Shown: in pieces, positions 57,512-64,000 of the stretch
How positions within the stretch are numbered: position 1 is the first letter of the stretch
Layout: each line of letters starts with the position of its first letter
The notes under the pieces: model-generated
Told to the model about the DNA's origin: nothing
Database searches by the model: none
Seen by the model: only the letters and a program-made list of their open reading frames with translations
Translations under genes and position numbers: made by a program
Assembly (NCBI GenBank): GCA_944364615.1
Contig: CALVWF010000003.1
Span: 26,428 to 90,427 of the forward strand
Source: an uncultured Clostridia bacterium
Lineage (GTDB): Bacteria > Bacillota > Clostridia > Christensenellales > CAG-314
DNA length: 64,000 nt
Direction of reading: 5' to 3'

Positions 57512-59428
57512 ATGATCACAATCAGATTGCCTGACGGCAGTGAAAAACAATTTGAATCGAATGTGACCGCTATGCAGGTCGCACAGAGTATCAGCAGCGG
57601 ATTGGCTCGCAATGCGCTGGCATGCAAAATTAACGGCGAAATGAAGGATCTTAGCACGGTTATAGACAGCGACGCAGATTTCGTTGTATACACATTTAAG
57701 GACGAAGAGGGACAGGAAGTGTTCCGTCATTCTGCAAGTCACCTGCTTGCTCAGGCGGTAAAAAGACTGTATCCCGATGCAAAGTTGGCGATAGGTCCTG
57801 CTATAAAGAACGGATTTTATTATGACATAGATTTCGGTTGCGAAATAGCGCCGGAAGATCTTGCTAAAATCGAAAAGGAAATGGCGGATATCGTAAAAGC
57901 GGATCTTCCCATTTCGCGTAGTGTGATTTCCCGTCAGGAAGCGGTGGAAATGTTCGGCAAAATGCACGAAGACTACAAAGTGGAAATCATTAACGATATG
58001 GCTGAAGACATCGACTCCGTATCCTTGTATACACAAGGCGAATTTACCGATATGTGCAGAGGACCTCATCTTCCCTCCACAGGCCGTATAAAAAGTTTTA
58101 AACTTACAAGTATCGCAGGCGCTTACTGGCGTGGCGACACCAAAAACAAGATGCTGACGCGTATCTACGGAACTGCCTTCGAAAAGAAATCGGAACTTGA
58201 CGAGTATCTTCAGAGGCTGGAAGAGGCAAAGCGTCGCGATCACCGCAAACTGGGAAGAGAACTCGATTTGTTCGACATAATGGATGAGGGTCCCGGATTT
58301 CCTTTCTTCTTCCCTAAGGGAATGATTTTGCGTAACATTCTGGAAGATTTCTGGCGCAAGGAACACGCTCTTGCAGGTTACCAGGAAGTAAAGACGCCAA
58401 TGATTCTCAATCAGGAACTCTGGCACCGTTCGGGTCACTGGGATCACTACAAAGACAATATGTATGTAGTAAAGATCGACAACGAAGACTACGCCATAAA
58501 GCCTATGAACTGTCCCGGCGGTATGCTGGTTTACAAGCGCAAGCAACATTCCTACCGTGATCTGCCCGAAAGAGTAGGCGAACTCGGACTTGTTCACCGT
58601 CACGAACTGTCCGGTGCATTGCACGGACTTATGCGTGTGCGTTGCTTCACTCAGGACGATGCTCACATTTTCATGACTCCCGAACAGATAGAAAGCGAAA
58701 TAGAAGGCGTTGTAAAACTTATAGACAAGATTTACAGAATTTTCGGGTTCAGTTACAAACTCGAACTGTCCACACGTCCCGAAGACTCGATGGGAACGGA
58801 CGAACAGTGGGAAATGGCTACAAATGCTTTGAAAAAGGCTCTTGCAACGCTGGGTAAAGAGTACGAGATAAACGAAGGTGACGGAGCGTTCTACGGTCCC
58901 AAGATAGATTTCCACCTGGAAGACTCTTTGGGAAGAACATGGCAGTGCGGTACCATACAACTTGACTTCCAGATGCCCGAGCGTTTTGACCTGACCTATG
59001 TAGGTGCGGACGGCGAAAAGCACAGACCTGTAATGATACACCGCGTTGTGTTCGGCAGCATAGAAAGATTTATTGCAATTCTGACGGAGCACTTTGCAGG
59101 TGCGTTCCCGACATGGCTTGCGCCCGTACAGGTAAAGGTTTTGCCGATTTCCGGAAATTACAGTGTTTATGCCCGTAATGTCACCGACAAACTTGTACAG
59201 GCAGGACTGCGTGCCGAACTGGACGACCGCAACGAAAAGATAGGTTACCGTATCCGTGAAGCACAGTTGCAAAAAGTTCCTTACATGCTTGTTATAGGTG
59301 AAAAGGAAGTTGAGGCAAACAATGTTTCCGTTCGTGGCAGAAAAACAGGCGACGAAGGCGCGATGAGTATCGAACAATTTATAGAGAAAGTCAGCAAGGA
59401 AGTTGCAGAAAAAAGTTTTCAACTTTAA
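57512..59428 (+). CDS. thrS: threonine--tRNA ligase
   Basis: The ATG at 57512 follows GGAGGAA. TGS domain MITIRLPDGS, RDHRKLGRELDLF, and class II motifs. Confidence 0.97.
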   Translation: MITIRLPDGSEKQFESNVTAMQVAQSISSGLARNALACKINGEMKDLSTVIDSDADFVVYTFKDEEGQEVFRHSASHLLAQAVKRLYPDAKLAIGPAIKNGFYYDIDFGCEIAPEDLAKIEKEMADIVKADLPISRSVISRQEAVEMFGKMHEDYKVEIINDMAEDIDSVSLYTQGEFTDMCRGPHLPSTGRIKSFKLTSIAGAYWRGDTKNKMLTRIYGTAFEKKSELDEYLQRLEEAKRRDHRKLGRELDLFDIMDEGPGFPFFFPKGMILRNILEDFWRKEHALAGYQEVKTPMILNQELWHRSGHWDHYKDNMYVVKIDNEDYAIKPMNCPGGMLVYKRKQHSYRDLPERVGELGLVHRHELSGALHGLMRVRCFTQDDAHIFMTPEQIESEIEGVVKLIDKIYRIFGFSYKLELSTRPEDSMGTDEQWEMATNALKKALATLGKEYEINEGDGAFYGPKIDFHLEDSLGRTWQCGTIQLDFQMPERFDLTYVGADGEKHRPVMIHRVVFGSIERFIAILTEHFAGAFPTWLAPVQVKVLPISGNYSVYARNVTDKLVQAGLRAELDDRNEKIGYRIREAQLQKVPYMLVIGEKEVEANNVSVRGRKTGDEGAMSIEQFIEKVSKEVAEKSFQL

Positions 59429-59439
59429 TAAAAAATGAT

Positions 59440-59478
59440 GCGAAAAGGATTGACATGTTCGATCCTTTTCGCTATAAT
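59440..59478 (+). promoter_or_regulatory. infC operon promoter embedded in an 11-bp hairpin
   Basis: GCGAAAAGGAT (59440-59450) pairs with ATCCTTTTCGC (59462-59472). TTGACA (59450-59455), 17 nt, TATAAT (59473-59478). Confidence 0.6.
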
Positions 59479-59484
59479 ATCAAG

Positions 59485-59613
59485 GTAATCGAAGCAGAAA
59501 GTTTTTTCTCACCTGTACGGCTACGCTGTAAGGTAACTCTATCAGTTCGCAATACCTGTTGTGTATTGTGAAGTTTTTGGGTGGCAATCTGTTTCGGTTG
59601 ACCACTTTTTTTA
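59485..59613 (+). promoter_or_regulatory. infC-rpmI-rplT leader with attenuator terminator (L20-leader-like)
   Basis: Leader of about 130 nt ending in GGTGGCAA..TTGACCAC followed by TTTTTTT (59579-59613), just before the infC RBS. The position matches the Firmicutes L20 leader. I have not verified the consensus. Confidence 0.5.
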
Positions 59614-59633
59614 TTGTTCAGGAGGACATTACC

Positions 59634-60146
59634 ATTAAAGAGCTTCAGATCAACAACGAAATCCGTGACAGGGAAATTCGACTTATCGGTAACGAAGGAC
59701 AACAACTCGGAATTGTATCTGCCTACGAAGGTCAGCGTCTTGCCGAAGAAAGCGGACTGGATCTCGTAAAAATTTCACCTAACGCTGTTCCGCCCGTGTG
59801 CAAGTTGATGGATTACAGCAAGTACAAGTACGAGCAGAGCAAGAAAGAAAAGGAAATGAAACGCAATCAGAAGACCATCGAGGTCAAGGAAGTGTGGTTG
59901 TCGATGACCATTGATGTCGGAGACCTCAACACCAAGGCTAAAATTGCGTCCAAGTTTATTGCCGACGGTAACAAGGTAAAGGCAACAATCCGTATGAGAG
60001 GAAGACAGCAGGCGTACGCTCAGCAGGGCGTGGAAGTAATGAAAAAGTTTGCCGAAATTCTTTCGGACGTCGCCAAAATCGAAAAACAGCCGTTGACGGA
60101 AGGTCGTAACATTTCCATGGTAATTTCACCTATAACAAGTAAATAA
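59634..60146 (+). CDS. infC: translation initiation factor IF-3 (ATT start)
   Basis: AGGAGG at 59620-59625, then in-frame ATT at 59634 (8-nt spacer). The product (M)KELQINNEIRDREIRLIGNEGQQLG matches the IF-3 N-terminus. No ATG, GTG or TTG is suitably placed. Confidence 0.9.
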   Translation: MKELQINNEIRDREIRLIGNEGQQLGIVSAYEGQRLAEESGLDLVKISPNAVPPVCKLMDYSKYKYEQSKKEKEMKRNQKTIEVKEVWLSMTIDVGDLNTKAKIASKFIADGNKVKATIRMRGRQQAYAQQGVEVMKKFAEILSDVAKIEKQPLTEGRNISMVISPITSK

Positions 60147-60166
60147 TTCATTTGGAGGATATTACA

Positions 60167-60361
60167 ATGCCTAAGCAAAAATCTCACAGTGCATCCAAAA
60201 AGAGATTTGTCGTTTTGAAGTCCGGCAAGATCAAGCGTGCACAATGCAACAAAAATCACATTTTGGGTAAAAAGACAACCAAGAGAATCCGCAACCTTCG
60301 CGGTACCGCCTATGTCGATTCCACAAAGGCTAAGACCGTAAAGAGCATGTTGCCTTACTGA
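60167..60361 (+). CDS. rpmI: 50S ribosomal protein L35
   Basis: The ATG at 60167 follows TGGAGGA. MPKQKSHSASKKRF. Confidence 0.95.
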   Translation: MPKQKSHSASKKRFVVLKSGKIKRAQCNKNHILGKKTTKRIRNLRGTAYVDSTKAKTVKSMLPY

Positions 60362-60379
60362 TATCGGAGGTAGTAAACA

Positions 60380-60730
60380 ATGAGAATTAAAAGAGGCGTA
60401 AACGCTGTTAAAAAACGTAGAAAAATTTTAAAGGCAGCCAAGGGTTACTTTGGCCTTAAATCCACCAATTACCGTATCGCTCGCGAAGCGGTAATGAAGA
60501 GCGGCAACTATGCTTATATCGGCAGAAGACTTAAGAAAAGAGATATGCGCAGTCTTTGGATTGCACGTATCAATGCGGCAGCACGCGCTAACGGTTTGTC
60601 GTACAGCAAATTTATGTACGGTCTTAAAGCGGCAAATATCGATCTCAACAGAAAGGTTCTTGCCGAAATCGCAGTAAGCGACGCTAAGTCCTTTGCTCAG
60701 TTGGCTGAAACTGCTAAAGCAAATATCTGA
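60380..60730 (+). CDS. rplT: 50S ribosomal protein L20
   Basis: [25 protein letters not shown]. Confidence 0.97.
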   Translation: MRIKRGVNAVKKRRKILKAAKGYFGLKSTNYRIAREAVMKSGNYAYIGRRLKKRDMRSLWIARINAAARANGLSYSKFMYGLKAANIDLNRKVLAEIAVSDAKSFAQLAETAKANI

Positions 60731-60742
60731 TTTGTGCAATTT

Positions 60743-60775
60743 AGAGCCTTTTGTAAAGAAAGGCTCTTTCTGATT
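60743..60775 (+). terminator. intrinsic terminator after rplT
   Basis: AGAGCCTT, 9-nt loop, AAGGCTCT followed by TTCTGATTT. Confidence 0.65.
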
Positions 60776-60788
60776 TACAGGTAGATCA

Positions 60789-61523
60789 ATGTTAATTACA
60801 TCCGCAAGCAATCAGAAAGTCGTTCTTGTAAAAAAATTACAGGATAAAAAATACCGCAGACGTTTTAAAATGTATTGCATAGAGGGCGTAAGACTGTATA
60901 AAGAGGCTTTACGTTTCGGCAAACATCCCGTCGATGTGTTCGTCAAGCAAAGTCTTGCAGACAAACTCACAATTGACGGCGCAACGGTGGTGGAAGACAA
61001 TGTTTTTGACAAAATGTCTGATACTGTCAGCAGTCAGGGGTTGATGGCAATACTGAATATCGAGGATGTTCGTCCGGCAAAATGCAACAGATGTCTTGTG
61101 CTTGACAGTTTGCAGGATCCGGGCAACGTAGGTACGTTGTTGCGCACCGCATGCGCAACGGGATTTGACACCGTGTATTTGTACAAATGCGTGGATGTCT
61201 ATTCTCCAAAGTGTGTGCGTTCGGCTATGTCCGCTCACTTTGCCATTAATCTTGTGGAGACCGACGATTTCGATACGTTGAAACAACATCTTTCCAATTA
61301 CCGCACGGTGTGTGCGGATATGGGCGGAACGGACATTTCACAATTTGTCCGTGATCAACGGCCGATTGCGCTTGTACTGGGGAACGAGGGTAACGGTATA
61401 GGCGGTTATTTTGATGAAATTTGCAATGACGTGGTGTCGCTTTCGATGCAAAACAACATCGAATCGCTCAACGTTGCGGTTGCCGGAAGTATATTGATGT
61501 ACGAACTGGGTAGAAAGCAATAG
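60789..61523 (+). CDS. TrmH/SpoU family RNA 2'-O-methyltransferase
   Basis: LDSLQDPGNVGTLLRTA, LVLGNEGNGI, ESLNVAVAGSILMYE. Confidence 0.85.
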   Translation: MLITSASNQKVVLVKKLQDKKYRRRFKMYCIEGVRLYKEALRFGKHPVDVFVKQSLADKLTIDGATVVEDNVFDKMSDTVSSQGLMAILNIEDVRPAKCNRCLVLDSLQDPGNVGTLLRTACATGFDTVYLYKCVDVYSPKCVRSAMSAHFAINLVETDDFDTLKQHLSNYRTVCADMGGTDISQFVRDQRPIALVLGNEGNGIGGYFDEICNDVVSLSMQNNIESLNVAVAGSILMYELGRKQ

Positions 61524-61531
61524 GAGGAATT

Positions 61532-62269
61532 ATGTCAGGACACAGCAAATGGAACAATATTAAAAACAAGAAAGCAAAGGGCGATGCAGCCCGTTCGAAA
61601 ATATTTACAAAACTGGGCAGAGAAATAGCGGTTGCGGTAAAAGCGGGCGGTCCCGATATCAACAGCAACAGCAAGTTGTACGATATAGTGCAGAAGGCCA
61701 AGGCAAGCAATATGCCCAATGACAACATTACACGCAGTATAAAAAAGGCAAGCGGCGAACTCAATGCTGTCGATTACGAAGAAATGTTGTACGAAGGTTA
61801 CGGAATAGGCGGCAGTGCAGTAATCGTGGAATGCCTTACGGACAACAAGAACCGTACTGCAGGCGATGTGAGATGCGCATTCGATAAAAACGGCGGCAGT
61901 CTCGGTCAGAGCAACTGTGTAAGTTTTATGTTTGACCGTAAGGGCGTAGTCGTAGCGGAAAACAATCTCGGACTGGACGAAGACAGCGCATTTGAACTGG
62001 CATTGGAGGCGGGCGCGGACGACGTGCAGTTCGATGACGAAGGCACTATAGCGATGTATTGCGATATGAGTACTCTTACTGCGGTAAGAGACGCAGTGGT
62101 AGCAAAAGGGTTGGTGCTTGTATCCGCCGAAATGCAATGGTTGCCTCAGAATATGATTACTTTGGAAGGGGACAACCTTGTGAAATTCCAGCGTATGCTG
62201 GACACTCTTGAAGACAGCGACGATGTACAGAATGTATTCCACAACGTACAGTTGCCCGACGAAGAGTAA
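61532..62269 (+). CDS. YebC/PmpR family DNA-binding regulator
   Basis: MSGHSKWNNIKNKKAKGDAARSKIFTKLGREI. Confidence 0.93.
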   Translation: MSGHSKWNNIKNKKAKGDAARSKIFTKLGREIAVAVKAGGPDINSNSKLYDIVQKAKASNMPNDNITRSIKKASGELNAVDYEEMLYEGYGIGGSAVIVECLTDNKNRTAGDVRCAFDKNGGSLGQSNCVSFMFDRKGVVVAENNLGLDEDSAFELALEAGADDVQFDDEGTIAMYCDMSTLTAVRDAVVAKGLVLVSAEMQWLPQNMITLEGDNLVKFQRMLDTLEDSDDVQNVFHNVQLPDEE

Positions 62270-62282
62270 AACAGTCACACTT

Positions 62283-62309
62283 CAAGCCGACATCAGTCGG
62301 CTTGTTTTT
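62283..62309 (+). terminator. intrinsic terminator
   Basis: CAAGCCGAC-ATCA-GTCGGCTTG followed by TTTTT. Confidence 0.85.
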
Positions 62310-62408
62310 ATATGTAAAAACATTACGCTTGACTAATTTTTAATAAACATTTATTATTATATAAGACTAATTTGCGGCAATTTTGTCAGCAGTACACAAG
62401 AGGTAAAA

Positions 62409-62903
62409 ATGAGAGTTTTGGGCATAGACCCCGGTCTTGCAATAGTGGGTTACGGGGTTCTCGACTATGACGGAAAATACAAGAAACTTGTGGATTACGG
62501 TGTAATAAACACTCCCAAGGGGATCAGTGTGCCCGAACGGTTGGAACTCATTTACCGAGGCGCAACGGAACTTGTCGAGAAGTACAAGCCTGACGAAATA
62601 GCCATGGAAGAATTGTTCTTCAACACCAATACTACTACTGCGATAAACGTTGCCGAAGCAAGAGGTATATTGTTACTTGTCGCAAGACAGCACTGTTCAC
62701 GACTGTTCGAATATACTCCTTTGCAGATTAAACAGGCAATGACCGGTTACGGCAGAGCGGAAAAAAAACAGATTCAGCAAATGGTAAAGGTTTTTCTGGG
62801 ACTGAACGCCGTTCCCAAGCCTGACGACGCTGCCGACGCGGTTGCAGTCGCTCTGACGCACATACAGACGTGCGGGCTGAGCAACGCTTTTACTATAAGA
62901 TAG
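62409..62903 (+). CDS. ruvC: crossover junction endodeoxyribonuclease RuvC
   Basis: MRVLGIDPGLAIVGYGV, with catalytic acidic residues (D7, E67, D139/D142 region PKPDDAADAVAVA). Confidence 0.93.
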   Translation: MRVLGIDPGLAIVGYGVLDYDGKYKKLVDYGVINTPKGISVPERLELIYRGATELVEKYKPDEIAMEELFFNTNTTTAINVAEARGILLLVARQHCSRLFEYTPLQIKQAMTGYGRAEKKQIQQMVKVFLGLNAVPKPDDAADAVAVALTHIQTCGLSNAFTIR

Positions 62904-62913
62904 GAGTGATGAT

Positions 62914-63507
62914 ATGATATCGTTTATTTGCGGCGAAGTCGTGGACAAGACGGAAGGCACGGTTGTTATCAAGTGTAACGACATCGGTTACGAAATAAAT
63001 GCAACAGGATGTGCTTACGACAAATGCAACGTAGGACAGAGTATTCAGTTGTACACATATATGCAGGTAAAGGAAGACGGAATAAGTCTGTTCGGCTTTG
63101 CTTCTCAGCAGGAAAAGAATATGTTTTTGCGTCTTATATCCGTTTCGGGCGTGGGATGCAAGGTGGCGCAGGCAATATTGTCGGGAATTGACGCACAGCA
63201 ACTTGCGCTTGCTCTTTACAACGGCGATACAAAAACGCTTACAAAAATAAAAGGACTTGGTAAAAAAACAGCCGAACGTCTTGTGCTTGAATTGCGCGAA
63301 AAAGTTTCCGTAGACGGCAGCGTGGCGCAACAGGAAAAACCGCAAAACAACGGAGTCGTGCTTACTCCTCAGATGCAAGACGCAGTTTCGGTACTGATGT
63401 CTTTGGGCCTTACCGAAACCGACGCGGTAAGGCGCATTACCGCCGCTTCGCAACTGGGAGCGACAACCACCGAAGAACTGATTAACACGTCATTCAGAAT
63501 AAGTTAA
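62914..63507 (+). CDS. ruvA: Holliday junction branch migration protein RuvA
   Basis: MISFICGEV.., HhH motifs [15 protein letters not shown] and [17 protein letters not shown]. Confidence 0.93.
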   Translation: MISFICGEVVDKTEGTVVIKCNDIGYEINATGCAYDKCNVGQSIQLYTYMQVKEDGISLFGFASQQEKNMFLRLISVSGVGCKVAQAILSGIDAQQLALALYNGDTKTLTKIKGLGKKTAERLVLELREKVSVDGSVAQQEKPQNNGVVLTPQMQDAVSVLMSLGLTETDAVRRITAASQLGATTTEELINTSFRIS

Positions 63508-63520
63508 ACGGGTGAAAACC

Positions 63521-64000
63521 ATGGAAGAATTGTTTGTAAGCACGTTGCACGAAAGTGAACGTGATACGGAAAATATACTTCGTCCGCAGAGAATTGCCGA
63601 TTACGTCGGACAGGACAAAGCGAAAAATAACCTTGCTGTATTCATCAAGGCTGCATTGCAACGCGGTGAAAGTCTTGACCATGTTTTGTTGTACGGTCCT
63701 CCCGGATTGGGCAAAACGACGCTTGCTCACATCATTGCCAACGAACTCAATGTGCCCATTACGGTGACAAGCGGTTCCGCAATTCCGGGCAAGTTCGATC
63801 TGAGTGCCATACTGTCAAAACTTAAACCCAACGAAGTACTGTTTATCGACGAAATACACCGTCTGAACAGCAGTCTTGAAGAAATTCTTTACCCGGCAAT
63901 GGAAGATTACCGTCTGGATTTCGTTGTGGGCAAAGGTCCTTCCGCATCATCGGTCAACATCAAACTTGAAAAGTTTACGCTGATTGGCGCAACGACTAAA
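63521..64000 (+). CDS. ruvB: Holliday junction branch migration DNA helicase RuvB, 3' end cut by window edge
   Basis: Not in the ORF track because there is no stop in the window. My translation from the ATG at 63521 gives ..[44 protein letters not shown]. Confidence 0.93.
   Translation, partial: MEELFVSTLHESERDTENILRPQRIADYVGQDKAKNNLAVFIKAALQRGESLDHVLLYGPPGLGKTTLAHIIANELNVPITVTSGSAIPGKFDLSAILSKLKPNEVLFIDEIHRLNSSLEEILYPAMEDYRLDFVVGKGPSASSVNIKLEKFTLIGATTK

Noticed and set aside
57491-59422. 643-aa minus-strand ORF opposite thrS. The same applies to 52701-53906 opposite ftsZ, 44837-45907 opposite murE, 41645-42457, 54003-54704, 56077-56652, 61535-62278, 62893-63453 and 26165-26851.
   Set aside because: These are shadow ORFs in the codon-complement frame of confidently identified plus-strand genes. 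They have no translation signals and non-protein-like composition.
1-64000. CRISPR arrays, rRNA genes, IS elements and prophage genes.
   Set aside because: I saw no regularly spaced repeat array, no rRNA-like conserved stretch, and no transposase, integrase or phage structural ORF in any frame of the ORF track.

Overview
This is a 64-kb stretch of a medium-GC Bacillota chromosome with Clostridia-like gene order, read by eye from the sequence and the ORF track. I support about 59 intact protein genes, 2 decayed genes, 2 tRNAs, several cis-regulatory RNAs and operators, and about 20 intrinsic terminators. There is no rRNA, CRISPR array, transposase, integrase or phage gene. From 21.9 kb to 64 kb the window is compact, almost entirely plus-strand core housekeeping: comEC-holA; lspA-rluD; rqcH; tig-clpP-clpX-lon-engB; a dcw cluster (mraZ-rsmH-ftsL-pbp-murE-mraY-murD-ftsW-murA-ftsQ-ftsA-ftsZ); asnS; acpP; T-box-thrS; infC-rpmI-rplT; yebC; ruvCAB. 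From 5 kb to 21.6 kb the window is gene-sparse and looks accessory. This part holds two tRNAs, three tandem BspA-like LRR surface-lipoprotein paralogs (one intact and GC-rich, two decayed), a ZIP metal transporter between two ORF-free AT-rich blocks of about 0.7-0.8 kb each, and small genes of unknown function with atypical codon usage. I did not find a convincing multi-gene novel system such as a defence, secretion or mobile module. The observations most worth a second look are: (1) a tRNA-Leu whose anticodon reads AAG (A34), together with complete avoidance of TTA, CTA and TCA codons in the core genes; (2) a structured leader of about 200 nt whose long-range helix sequesters the comEC ribosome-binding site; (3) the rearranged LRR locus with its GC-rich insert; (4) a carbamoyltransferase-fold protein with every carbamoyl-phosphate motif replaced; (5) a ComEC with a degenerate metallo-beta-lactamase domain; (6) the ORF-free blocks next to tRNA-Glu. 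All family assignments come from motif recognition only. No database search was run.
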